Shown here one piece after another: positions 11,282-23,745 of a stretch of DNA of 58,011 nucleotides; position 1 is the first letter of the stretch, and each line of letters starts with the position of its first letter. Both the position numbers and the translations under genes were made by a program. The DNA is from Bigelowiella natans CCMP2755 (lineage: Eukaryota; Protista; Cercozoa). The stretch lies in the NCBI GenBank assembly GCA_000320545.1, contig ADNK01001207.1, positions 1 to 58,011 of the forward strand. The letters are read 5' to 3'. The notes below the pieces were generated by a model. That model was not told where the DNA came from and made no database searches. It saw nothing but the letters and a program-made list of their open reading frames with translations.

Positions 11282-13339
11282 ATGATGGTTGTACATTCTA
11301 AGGGCGGGTCCGAACGCTTCTTGCAGCGCCTCAGCGTTCAAATCGAACCAAAAGGTCGTTTGACTTTTCCCGTAAAAAATCCGCCGCAGTTGAAGCGTAT
11401 TTCTCTCTCATTCAACTACACATAGATTCGATCCGCCGCCGTCCAGCTGAAGAAAGCAGGGATTAATCAAGTGTTCTTTGAATGGTCGAAAGACTAACGT
11501 GTTAGGATTTTCGTCGATCTCTTCACGGCGTGCTGTTTTCATCATATCTCGTATCTGTGCTCAGGTTCTTGGAAAAATGTTTGGATAAAATCAAAAAGAA
11601 GTATGTTCCTGAATTTCACGAGGATTGCGAGGTTTCAATGAGATGTAAATCGTTTGTGTGTTTCGATGAGTGACGCGTGATGTACCTTCAGTTCTTAATG
11701 AAATCTCGCAAAGAGGAAGGTGAGGACGATGAAGGAAGTCAAGAAGAATGTACGAATCAGAACCAACAAGAAAAAAAAGAGATGAAAATCCTGCCAAACA
11801 CTAGTGGCGAGGACCTGCTACGCATGTTGAGGGGCTGGAACGTCGAAAAATATTCCGATTCTTTGGACAAAGTGTTGGGCATTCTACTCAAAACGAGGAC
11901 CTTCATCTTAAATGTAATTTTATAGACGAAGCTATATGTAGACCGAAAGGAATAACCAATCACAAACCTGACACGAAATCTAGGTGAGTGTACTTCTGAT
12001 GCTCGACGGAGGGAGAATGAACATGTCGATGCTATCGGTCTCATCTTATAGTAGCGTCCGAGAAAAGCCCCCAAACACGCCAGTAAGTGATACGCAAGTG
12101 ACAACAGCGACGTACAAATACAACAATAGTTCTACTACGTATTGATGCGGAATTTTTGCCTTCATCTGGCTCCATTGTTCTTCAGCAATCGAACGCCCCC
12201 TTGTCGCTCATTGGGCACAATACTCCACGGACTCCTGCCCGAAGAGCCCCGCGACAAAGCAAAAGCACGCATCGGTGTCATTGTCACCAGCCAAAATATT
12301 TGAAAAATCGTTATTCAATGTGTGTGTCGAGAGAGAAGAGTTTGTAAAAGAATGCTTTGTATGTATACAGCACAATAAGCGACAAGTTAATTCGAACGGT
12401 ACGCGATTTTAGACTCAATTGTATTCATCTTGTACCTAACAATCGGCCATTTGCACATCCCATTCGGTGGTTTATAGTTTTGGCAGCGTGTTGATGCGCA
12501 ATTCTTCACGAAGATGCCTACGGTATGCCCCTTTTCGTACTCTTTAGAAACCTTCTGCGGTGAGAGCATGTTTGCTGGAAACAGCAGTGTGGATGGCGGA
12601 CTGAATCAGCTATCCTGATATTTTGCAGGGTTTCCAAGACGGAATGATGGCTTTTGCGAATATGAGATTCCTACAATACCAAAAGCTTCAAAAAATAAGG
12701 TGCGGCGACGGGAGGAAATGCTGTAGCATTCGACGAATACACCAACAGAACAAATCCTTGCATTCCTAACATGGCCAAACGTGTAATAAGGTGTCGTATG
12801 TTGATGAAATCCACAGGAAAGTGACAATTCAAGGGAATGCAACGCTCGATGCAAAACAATCAGTCGGTGAGGGAGGACAAAGAAAAGCTGATACGAGGAA
12901 GATGAGAAGGGAGGGGAAGATGAAGAAGAAGATCCGGAGGAGGAGGTGGTGGTGGTGGTGGAGGAGGAGGAAGAGGAAGAGGAAGATGACGATATGGTAG
13001 CGGAGATGGGGTTATCAGAACTCAAGAAGGCGATACAGAGCTTCCAGCACGTTGGCCTCAAGGTTTGATCGTTAGCTCCCTGCCAAGAGTGGGGGGAGGG
13101 AATACATCAAGGGTTCATTGGAAAAAATAACACCCACACACAATGTCAATATCGTATGTGCTGTGATATAAAACTCTAGTTTCAGGCCGAGGAGGAACAC
13201 CACTGTAAAATTGTGCACGTATTTAACCTCATTTAGCTTTCGCGTGCCCCCACCCCTCGCCACTTGTTATGATCATCAGTTACGTGAGATCGGCTGGATG
13301 AGATTCGTAGAGAAGGCCTTCTCAAGGGTGATTAAACAT

Positions 13340-13398
<59 letters not shown>

Positions 13399-16123
13399 CA
13401 AGTGTGAATGCAGAGCTGTGACCTGCTGCCACCCTTCCGTCCATAGGTAATCTACGCTCGAATCGAATCCAGACTGGCGAACATATGCGCTGGTGTGTAC
13501 AATGTGCCTCAGCTCGACAACGCTATCTCATGGATGAAGCTTACGGTTTTGCGTTGGCTGCAATGCTTTACAAACTCTGATTCTTCCACCACCACAACCA
13601 CCGCCGCCGCCGCCGCCGCCGCCGCTACTCCCACTGTTTCGCTTACAAAGAGACGACGGGAGAAAGCGTACCTTGATCCCTCCGCAGCTTCTAGTACCAC
13701 CACCACCAGCAGCAGCAGTAGCAGTAGCACCAGTGGCGTTCCTGATGCTACTTCTGCTGCTGCGGAGTCGTCGTGGCACCAAAGGGTCGTGATGTTCACG
13801 TATCGCAAGTTTGCCGCCATGCGAATCGATGAGATGTGGGACATCATCCTGGAGTTTCCCGACACGGAAGCTGCGCTGTGCGACCTACGAAAAGCCCTTG
13901 CTTTCACTGGCGATCATCACCTCCTAATACAATCCCTCAAGCACACCTTCAACAACAGATTGCTGACGCCAGGCGCCAACACACAGGACATCTTGCTTCA
14001 GTATAGCTACACTATTGGGGCGCTGTGTGTCGTCGATCCGACGCGAATCATCCTCAAGGCGATAGGTCCACGGATATGCGGGTAGTGAAGCACTCATGCC
14101 GTATGCATGCAACGAAATGATAGCAAGCCGGCGTACAGAGTGAATAAACGTGATTTTAACCCTGCGACTTAGCTACGTGAGACGAAAATGTCTGTTCCGA
14201 TGTGTGTGTCGTGAGGAGTTTTTCGTTGTGCGTGTATCACCATCGCGTGTATCACCATCGCTATCTTGGTGCTTAGCGTTCATGCTTACAACGTGGAATT
14301 ATCATCATCATCATCATTTGTACCATCACCGTGACCTTCACTGTCCTCTTTTACTCCCGCAGATATCTTCGGTCTCGAAGCGATACCGTACGCTGCATTG
14401 TCGGCAGTTTGATTGATCCAAAGGGCGACGAGAAAGAAAGAGGTGCTGTTACTGCTACTAGTATTGTTCGTGGCGGTGCGAAATGTACTTAAAAACTATT
14501 TCTGTTGTGGAATTTTATTTGACGGGAATGTTAGCACCAACGATTCCTCATGAAGGGGAGGGGGTGTCGGTGCGAGCTGGCACATAAGTGCATTTACCAA
14601 AGGATATCACTGCACAATTAGCTGTGAAGTCTTTTCAATGGAATTTAACAATATATTGATACAACATATCTTTGGTGAATAATAACGTGGCAGATGGGCT
14701 CGCGGAACTGGCCGCCGATTTAGACCCACTCGGCAATACGGAGGAGCGACACTCCGATGACGAAACCGGAGACCCATTCGAATGGGAGCCCGACGCCATT
14801 CTCGCCGACAGCTCCAAGGTTCGTGGCGCTACGACCGCGCACAAATCAGACATTCTGCAGATGCTAATGACGATATATGGCTCCAACGCGCTGTTCATAA
14901 AAGAGTATCGGCTGCTGCTGGCTGACCTCCTTGTCAACAAGATCGACTACGACACGGACAAGCAGGTGCAGCAGCTCGAGCTCCTCAAAATTCGTTTCGG
15001 GGAGAACGCGATGCACGCGTGCGACGTGATGCTACGGGATCTTGCCAACTCGAAGCGCATCAACTCTCATATCCGCCCCGCCCTTGTCGCGAAGGATGCC
15101 AAGATGTCGTCGTCATCGTCGCGAGCCAGCCGACCTACAACGCCTGCAGAAACTCCAATAAAGCGTGGAAGAGTCACCCGCCAAACGCGCCAGAGCACGA
15201 TTTCATTTCGCTCAAGGAAGAGTCGCGCCAGCCCCACAATTCACATTCATAGCGATACCAGTGGTAGTAAGGAAAACGATGCCAAAAGCTCCCAGCAGGG
15301 GAGAGGCCTGAAGGATACTGCCCCCGTAACACCTCCTGGTGCGACGACGCGTTCCCACATAGCCTCCTCCTCTTCATCAAGCTCGATCGACTACGACAAA
15401 AAGTTCTTGGAGGCGACCATTATCTCCAAGGAATTCTGGCCTGAGAGGGACGAAAACGAGCTGAAGCTCCCCGCGCAGGTCGCTCGCGTTGCAGAGCTCT
15501 ACAGTGAGCAGTTCACCAAACTGAAAGCCCCGCGTGTATTGAGGCTCATGCCTTCGTTGGGAAAAGTCCACCTGGAGATCGAGCTGGAGGATCGGCAGCT
15601 TGACTTGGAGGTCACCCCCATCCAAGCAAGCTGCCTCGCGCAGTTTGGGGAGACCGAATCAGATCAACTCACCCTTAACGACATCGCGGAAGGGATGGCG
15701 TGCGACTTGGACCTCTGCCGCCGAGCGCTAGCGTTTTGGTTGCAAAAGAAGGTGATAAAGGAGGTCAAATCGGAGGACGGATCGGTCATTTCGTATCGTC
15801 CACTAGAAAAGCTCACCGGGGAAGAAGATGACGACCACAACATGACCATATCGCTAGCCGACGATAACGAAGACCTAGAGAGCGCTCTCCGCAGCCAAAG
15901 AGCTACCGAATCCAAAAAAGTCGAATCCTACATCATGGGGGTGGTTGTGAACTTCAAAACCGTCACTTTACAGCACATCAAGAACATGCTCAAGCTGTTG
16001 ACGAGTGACGAAGCCATTCGCCTAACTGATCGACAGATCATGGACACCCTTGAGAGAATGGCCAAAAGTGGGAAGATTGAGTGCCGAGACGGCCGCTACA
16101 GATCAATCAAGAAAAGGAGGTGA
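11282..16123 (+). CDS. ANAPC2: Anaphase-promoting complex subunit 2 (cullin-like); multi-exon
   Basis: Motifs RIDEMWDIILEFPDTEAALCDL, RLLTPGANTQDILLQY, YLRSRSDTVRCIV, WEPD, DILQMLMTIYGSNALFIKEYRLLLAD, LELLKIRFGE..MHACDVMLRD, and a C-terminal winged-helix-like end. Small 5' exons (e.g. WFLEKCLDKIKKKYVPEF at ~11564-11630) suggest a start near 11282, which is less certain. Confidence 0.93.
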
Positions 16124-16299
16124 GCAAGTGCTGAACAAGGACAATTTTCATAGGCGGAAAGAATGTTGGAATTAAGGAACAGCTCATTGAGTTAAGGACG
16201 TATCGTGGTATGACTAAATGGATTTATACATTTCGATTAGTTATTAATTAAAAATGGAACGATCTCCCAAATAACATGACACCTGCTGTCTACGGGTTT

Positions 16300-17040
16300 G
16301 AATGCGAGCGTGCATAAATTTTGCACTTCTTACGCCGCTCAGCATGTCTAAACGAACGCTCTGTATCTACCTGAAGACGCAACATTGAATGATGCACCTG
16401 GCGCGCTGTGCGCGTCTAGACAAAGAACGCTGTTGAGCTCCTTCGCTACTCGTGCTAGCGTGATCAAATGTAGTCCATTTTTTGCTAGCTGCTCTTCATT
16501 CGTACGTGCGTGCTAGCGTGCTCATCATGCATCCTCTATCCTTGTCGCTGTGCATGTGCTGGATGGCAGTCACAGGCACATCACACGTCTTTTGTGAAAA
16601 CAATCTTTGTCAAAAATGACATTGACGCAGCTCTAGAGCTGTGCAATCGCATCCAAACAGACATGCCTAGAACACTACGGCGGCTGCGCGTGTTGCAGGG
16701 ATCTGGATGTGTCAAAATGTGTTTCCACTAGCTGCGACTAGCAACTAGCAACATGCATGTGAATGTGTGCACCTCACTGATGAATGCACAAAAAAATGGT
16801 AGCAGGTGTGCGCACTATCTAGCTATGCATAGTGCACAGAGTAGCATAGCAGGCCCGGCAGACAAAACTGACATGACTACTTATAAGACTAGATAAGTCG
16901 CCATTGCAAAGATGCTTGCACATGATGCGCGTAGCCTGGCTAGCTGGCTGACATGAACATCTAGAGCGACGTATATGTCTAAATGTGAGGCAGGGATCAT
17001 TGACTTCGTTGTAGAGATCGCATGCTAGAGCAAGATGCAA
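16300..17040. other. CTAG/TGCA-rich island between convergent ANAPC2 and sirtuin
   Basis: e.g. actagctgcgactagcaactagcaacatgcatg, gcatgctagagc. Confidence 0.8.
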
Positions 17041-17041
17041 C

Positions 17042-18364
17042 TCACTTGTCATTCGTGCGATTCACAAAAGGAAGATGATCTAGCTGGCCGTTGACGGCAG
17101 CTTCAACCATGAAGCGACCCATGGTACGCCGACTCCTTGGCCGATGTTTCTGCCCGTGATGGTACTCCTTCTCTACATCGTGTTTTAGTGCTATCTGAAA
17201 ATGACCCTGTGAATTTAGACCGAGAACCATGCCTTTATCGCCTTCAAAACTACCGTATTTCATGATTATCTTCGCTCCTTCCCTAAGGTCGAGCCTGAGC
17301 ATGCTGTCACGCTTGCCCTCTGGAAGAAGCTTGCCGTTTTTGTCGTATGGAACGTCAAACACGTCTACCATTTCAGCGTTTTCTTTTTTATTGGGCTTTT
17401 CCAATTCTACATAATTCTCCTTCTCTAGAGGAGGAAGGGCGTCATATGAAGAGCCACAAAGATAAAGCTGCGGCTTGGAGTTTTTGGATCTGTAACACCT
17501 TCCAACAATCGGCATGGCCTTGCTCACATAGCAACGTTTGCCCCAAAATACTTTATCGGTAGGGCGAGGATAACAGTACGGCACTCCTTGCTTGTCATAG
17601 TCTAACTCCATCTCAGCTGCGAGCTTTTCCATTACTTCATCGATGGTGGCAAAAATTCTCAAGCTAGCTAGATGGTCGAGCTTTGTCTGCTGTAGAGAAA
17701 CGATTACCGTACCAAGCGCCTTCCCCTTTAAAGCCTTCTTTGCAGGAGTGGTAGCGACTCTATCTGCATTCATGCCACAGAGACTCGTACCCATGGCGAG
17801 GCATAAATCGGTTTGCTTCTCTTCCTTGAGCATCCAAGCAAATAGGTCGTCTCGTAGAGAGCCGGACATCTTGACCACCGGATTCGACGGGTCGAACCAT
17901 GCCCCATGGATTTCGTTTAGCGCATACTGTGGATATCCTGCTTTCTGTGGCAGCCCATCGTGATTTTGCTGCACCCAATGGTGAAGATGCCCTGCTTTGT
18001 GCAACCCGGCTAACACTCGATGGGCCAGCGTGGGCTTTGCAGCAAGAGGTGTTTTTAAGACCGGTCGTTGTAGTGCTTTAGAGTCTTTGGCTTTAGAAGC
18101 GTAATCGTTGATACCCGAAGACGTGGAAATCCCCGCCCCCGTGTATGCTGTGCAGCGTTTTGCCTTCCTGATGAGATCCGCCAACATCTTGATCTTCTGG
18201 GTAAGCACCTCGGGCTCCTCTCGATACTCGTGGGCTTTGCACGAATTGTATCCAGGCCTAGCCTCAGAGTCGCATCGAGTTACGATTATAGGATTCGCCC
18301 ATTCGGGATCGCCACGAAAGCCGTGGCAGAGTTGTTTCTTTGCTTTCAATCGAGGTGTTGTCAT
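17042..18364 (-). CDS. Sirtuin (SIR2 family, SIRT6/7-like N-terminus) with atypical domain content; intronless
   Basis: YTGAGISTSSGINDY, PTLAH, QQNHDGL, EIHG (catalytic His), DLCLAMGTSL, VIVSLQQTKLD...LRIFATIDEVM. Confidence 0.88.
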   Translation of the reverse strand: MTTPRLKAKKQLCHGFRGDPEWANPIIVTRCDSEARPGYNSCKAHEYREEPEVLTQKIKMLADLIRKAKRCTAYTGAGISTSSGINDYASKAKDSKALQRPVLKTPLAAKPTLAHRVLAGLHKAGHLHHWVQQNHDGLPQKAGYPQYALNEIHGAWFDPSNPVVKMSGSLRDDLFAWMLKEEKQTDLCLAMGTSLCGMNADRVATTPAKKALKGKALGTVIVSLQQTKLDHLASLRIFATIDEVMEKLAAEMELDYDKQGVPYCYPRPTDKVFWGKRCYVSKAMPIVGRCYRSKNSKPQLYLCGSSYDALPPLEKENYVELEKPNKKENAEMVDVFDVPYDKNGKLLPEGKRDSMLRLDLREGAKIIMKYGSFEGDKGMVLGLNSQGHFQIALKHDVEKEYHHGQKHRPRSRRTMGRFMVEAAVNGQLDHLPFVNRTNDK

Positions 18365-18437
18365 GTTGAATTTTGATGAGGATTGGGCCTAACCAACATA
18401 AGAAATTTCTTAAATTTCTTCTCAAAGAAATTTCGAC

Positions 18438-18540
18438 GACAAATCTGGGATCCCGAGACTCTCTCGAGATCTCCCGGATACACTTTGCCGACAAATCTGG
18501 GATCCCGAGACTCTCTCGAGATCTCCGGATACACTTTGCC
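18438..18540. repeat. 2x ~52 bp tandem repeat with internal dyad symmetry in the sirtuin/calpain divergent promoter
   Basis: gacaaatctgggatcccgagactctctcgagatctcc(c)ggatacactttgcc at 18438-18489 and 18490-18540 (1-nt indel). Confidence 0.92.
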
Positions 18541-18636
18541 CATGAACACCAAACGAAACGGAAATGTAGTTATCATTGAATTGAAACCCATTGTGTACGA
18601 GTACATCTATCGTACAACCTTTTTTCAAAGCTAAAA

Positions 18637-21610
18637 ATGGGGTGTGGAGTGTGCTCAGCGGTCATTGACGAAATTGCAGAGGAGTTAGGCCTCGACGGCG
18701 ATAACAACGACAACAACTCCCAGAACGGAGCTATGCAGACTCCGAACGGAGCTATGCAGACTCCGAACGCAGCAGGGGATCAGAAGAGTTGCTACGAAAT
18801 GCTGCGGGGTTATGATGACTATGCTGAGGAGATTTTGCAATACACTCGCACCAGGGCTCCTCACAAGTGGTCGGTGGTGAAGCGAGAGCTCTATAACGAC
18901 ATGTCTGAAGAAGAGAAGGCAGAGACAACCGAGGAGGAGTTCAACGTCTTGGGTGACTGGCTTGGGGCAGCCAATGACGATGACGTGGTAGCTCATTCAG
19001 ACTGGGTCCGTGTCTTCGCCGCCGCCGCAGAGGAGAAGGTCTTCGACATTTCGAAAATTCCTACCCTGCAACACGAGATGAAGCAAATCGAGAAAAACAG
19101 GAAAGAGGAGGAGCAGCACCAGGCTGACTGGGGGAAGGCAGACGAAAAGAAATCCCGCGAAGACCGCAAGAAAATTGATGATATTCGAAAGAAACAAATG
19201 TATCATTGGGAAACCGTCAATGCTGGGGGAGCAGTTGTTGGGAAACCTCTTGGGAATCTGATGTGGCCTGGAGACGACCCACCTTCAGAAAAGAGCGTCC
19301 ACATGATGCAACAGGCTGGAATTGAAAAGGGATGGATCCCTGGAGAAAACTGTAAGTACCTGCAGAAAGTCAAGAATGTTGGATACTTTTATGAGGAGGG
19401 CACCGAAAGCGGAAAAGCGGGCCCACAGACATGGATGATGAAGAAATCTAATCCAGAGCTTGAACAGAAGAGGAGGGCTAAAATAGAGGCTTACGAAAAG
19501 AAACGCGAAGCTTGGTACAGTAAATCAGCTCAACAACGAGAAAAGGCAATAAAAAAAGGGCTGGAATGGCCAGAAGATGCTTCCGATTCGGTGAAGGTTG
19601 AAGCCGATAAAAAGAGCAGCGGAGGCTACATGCACCATGCCAATCCGCAGGCGCAACTGTTCATACGTTGCAATGGCGAGGAAAGTCCGAAAGTGAAGAT
19701 TGTAGCGAAACTCGAAGGAAAGGGAGAATTCGCAAAACCCACGGGGACGATGGTGGTTGCCTATGCTGGGGAAGCGCGCTTCGCTGGTGAAAGAATTGTC
19801 GACGGCAAGAGGCCAACTGAGCTTGCCCGTGCCGTGTACATCTGCCATCATACCTCTAGAGTCGAGATCGATCTAAAGAAAGCTACGAAAAAAGTCAAGT
19901 TTTCCGATGGGAGCGAGGGCTTTTTGATCCGTCTGCTAATGGTGCTCCAAAGGCCCAACTGGCAGGGACTTGTAAAGTTCTCGGTGGCACCGGTGGCCGA
20001 CTTGGACTTTAAGATGGTAGAGCTGAAATCTGTTACCGAACTTGCGGCAATTGAGAGGGAGAATGAGAGGAAAAGCCTTGAGTGCCGTGACCTGATCGAC
20101 GGGGCCAAAGCAGAGGGCTCAATTAGTTTCTGCGGAATGGACTTGGGCAAACAAGCCGTGCCCATCCTCCTTGAGTACGATCCCGTTTACGACATCATTG
20201 AGCGCTGCGAGAAGGAGGGAAAGAAGTTTATTGATCCAGATTTCCCTCCATGCGACGATAGTCTAAGGCCCCTGTCGGTGCGAAAGCCAAGGAACGCAGA
20301 GAACAACCCAGACCCTCGGGACCGCGGATCACCTTGGTATGTTGTCACCCTCGACTTTAGCAGCTATTCATCCTAATCATTACTGAATGCCTGTAACATC
20401 TCACATTCCTTCCTCCTCCTATCTAACAGGGCGCGCGTCGAGAAGTTCCACTCTTATCCTGATGTAAGTGATTGGGCGTGGGGATTCGATAGTTGGGTGC
20501 GATCTGGGGGAGAGATTGGCAGGGAGAAGTCTTTTGACCGCGATCATAATTTGTCGTCTCTCTCTATATCCTCAGGTCTTCGTTGGCGGGGTGCAAGTGG
20601 ATGACATGTGCCAAGGGAGCATTGGCAATTGCTGGTTCATCGGGATCCTTTCTGGATTAGGCAGGTATCAGGACATCATAAACGCTCTGATTGAGCCCAA
20701 CCGCTGGAACCCCCAAGGAGTATACAGCGTACGGATCTACATGCAGTCAAAGAAGCGCTGGTACTACATCATCGGTGAGTGACAACCTAACACCCCCCCT
20801 GCATGGGAAATGATATCCGATGCCCCTCCTTATACCTTTTTTGGCCTTCAGTGTTGTGTCTCGCCCACTCAGCCATGTTCAGGGCTTGTGATAAGTAAGC
20901 GTGGTGACATTGTGTTGTTGACAGTCGACGACTTCCTTCCTGCCTCGAGGGGTGCGCCACTGTACGTGAGGTCGAAGAAGAACAATGGGGAATTCTGGAT
21001 GTGCCTGCTGGAAAAGGCCATGGCAAAAGTCGGGGGCTCCTATGCTAAGCTGAGGGGCGGAGGCGGACTTAACCAGGAACAAGTTAGCAATTCGTACAGC
21101 GGATTTAACTGTCACGCGGTTCACATGAATAACAAAGATCGTAGTCCTAACGATCTATTCAACAGGGCTATGCTTGCGGAAAGGGGCAAAGCGGTCATCG
21201 TCGGATGCTCAAATTACCCTAAATCGAGATTAGATGTGGACATGAAAGGCATCGTGCGCCTGCACGCGTACGCTGTGATTGGTGGTTATGAGGGGAATGG
21301 CATCCGCTTACTCAAGCTACGCAACACATGGGGCCAGGGTGGAGAGTGGAAGGGAGACTGGAGCGATAAAAGCAAAAAATGGGAAGAACATCCTGAGATT
21401 AAAGAAGGGGTAGGAGCGATATCGTCGAACGATGGCATTTTTTTCATGACTCCTGAGGATGCTTTCAGTCGTTACATGTATTTTGTTGTTTCGACCCCAC
21501 CAAGCAACCTCACCGACAATGCCACAATGAAGCTGATGAACACTCTCGGAAGCACTCACAATCTTGACGAGGAAGCCAAAGAATCTCTCTGGAAGCCCAT
21601 CGGCTCTTGA
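18637..21610 (+). CDS. Calpain-family cysteine protease with long N-terminal extension (4 exons)
   Basis: KKFIDPDFPP, QGSIGNCWF (Cys), FWMCLLEKAMAKVGGSY, HAYAV (His), LRNTWG (Asn), EWKGDWSD. Introns at about 20337-20429, 20464-20575 and 20775-20923. N-terminal MGC acylation-like motif. Confidence 0.92.
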
Positions 21611-21949
21611 ACAATGGGTTGATTGCACATGTTGCTTGCACTGCGCAAGTGATGCAATTGTGTCATTGCAGATTACATATAAAATGAAGCTTCATGTCTT
21701 GGATTCATGTGATGAAGTTGTTTGCACTACCAATTAGACGGATGCAATGAACAAATTAGATTTTTCCAATGCCATTGCAAAAAAAAAAAAAAAAAAAAAA
21801 ACATGCATAATACTTTTCAAGAAAATCCTGTCCGAATTCGCCGATGTATATGTGCGGCGCGCGATCGTATCGATGCTATGTGGCGATGGGATGGGCGGGG
21901 GTTTCTAGCTACAGATTTCGGTCACCGGTAGTAGGGTGGCATTTATTTC

Positions 21950-22260
21950 CTCCCACGCTCATCAACGTATCTGCCAGGTATCTAGATTGTCTAGCAATGA
22001 TGCATGTCACTGCACGCAACTGCGCATACATGTCTATGCTAGATGTGCAATGCGCAGCTCATTATCTACGAGCAGCTCAACACGACGTGAGCTGAGCTAT
22101 GCGCGCTAGCTAGTAGCCTCGCATCGTAGTCTAAAGTAGCGTACTCTACGTACGTAGGGCTTGAGCTACTTGTAGCACACAACTGCATCAGATCTATGCT
22201 AGCTTGCGCTATGTTTAGATTTTGGCGCGAGCGTAGCGGTATTGTGCCACGTATTGCAAC
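21950..22260. other. CTAG/TGCA-rich island between convergent calpain and RPS9
   Basis: e.g. tctagattgtctagc, gcgcgctagctagtag. Confidence 0.75.
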
Positions 22261-22482
22261 CCTCTCATTATTACTACTGTGTAATAGTCGTAGTGTCTAA
22301 ACTTAGTTTAGGATATCTATATATTTTCCTCCCTATACACTGGATTCATAGGCATATATATGTTATTAATGGTATCAAATTGCACTGATGGTTTTATTTC
22401 AATTACATAACAACTCAATCGCGCATCAAGGCGTGCATAATCGAGTATGTTAATCGGTAACAGTAAGGCTAGTATATGACAT

Positions 22483-23233
22483 CTAAACGTCATCCTCATC
22501 ACCGCCTTCCTTAGCTGCAGCAAGCTTTTTCCTCTTCACACGACCAGGGCGGGCGTTGTTTCCAAGAGGAGAAGTGTGTGCATATTCGACAAGCTTCTCA
22601 CTGTCGACGTTAACCATGAAAGAAGGTACGTTTACCAAGTTCCTTCCGACACTACATTGGGAAAAAATAGATTTTTGTGAGTTAACTAGAACAATTCAAG
22701 CTGTGATTGGGTAAGTAAGGTACCGAATGTGGCGCTGGCGAATAAGGCACCTAGAATGGTGAATGGACTTTGCAAGCTTCAGAGTGCTGAAGACGCAAGT
22801 TTGGAGTCGCCTAGCAAGGAATTTCTCGACGTTGAGGCCAAGCACGTAATCGAGGCTATCTTCCTTCTCTTCGAGGAGACCCATCTTCGTAAGACGCGAG
22901 ATGAGAGCAGCACCCTGGAACTCACGCTGAGGATCCTTCTCGTCGAGAGTCATGAGGTTTCTAGCAACAGAACGGATCTTTGCTAGGGTGTACTGGCAGC
23001 GCCATACCTCACGCTTGTTCTTAAGTCCTAAATATGTAAATCTATAAGCACCTGGCCTAATTCTGATTGCATACATCCTACCACTAGCCCCCCATTTCAT
23101 ATTCATTTGTAATTGCTAGGAAGCACTGACCGTAGACACCAACAAGCTTGAGCTCTCTGTCAAGACGCTCCTTCTCGAAAGGACGCCTAGGCGTCTTGGA
23201 AGTCTTGCTTCTGTTACGGTAGTCCTTCCCCAT
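22483..23233 (-). CDS. RPS9: 40S ribosomal protein S9 (uS4); 3 coding exons plus a probable 5'UTR intron abutting the ATG
   Basis: [44 protein letters not shown]...[30 protein letters not shown]...RPGRVKRKK. Confidence 0.97.
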
Positions 23234-23745
23234 CTGTTAAAATTAATTAGCTCAGAAGAGTCCATACAAGGGTCGGGAGGGCAGCCATACCTAAACCAAG
23301 TGCGGATTCTGTCTACGATAAGACACTTCTGCCTCCGAAATAATTAAATCATCACTAAAATAGCACGCTTTTCACCTGAAATCTATGTGATTTCATCCAG
23401 ATTTTCTGTTTTAGCCATTTGCCCTTCAGCAATTTTCCAAAGCGGCGAATTAATCAATTCACCGACATCCCGACTTTTTGTTTTAAATTTGGCGCCGAGA
23501 AGGATATTTCTTTGAGATTCTCTGGAGACTTTGTCGACGTCAGGTTGCGCCCAGATTACGGCTCCTCGAAGACGGCCGCGCAGGTCTGCCCTCCATTCCG
23601 CCGTGTAAAAATACGTGTTGTCTATTCATGAGAAAGTACGAGGGTGGATTTGCACCTTTGGCATTGGTTTTTCAGTGTACGTACGCATACTCTCAGATTC
23701 TGAGTACGTTTCTTTCTTTAAATATTCGGTTAGATTCTAAAGATA

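Noticed and set aside
21779-21800. Poly-A tract after calpain as a retroposon tail
   Set aside because: Calpain has introns, and no TSD or element body is evident.
22650-23130. Intronic snoRNAs in RPS9
   Set aside because: The introns are short and I could not find paired C/D boxes with terminal stems or an H/ACA layout.
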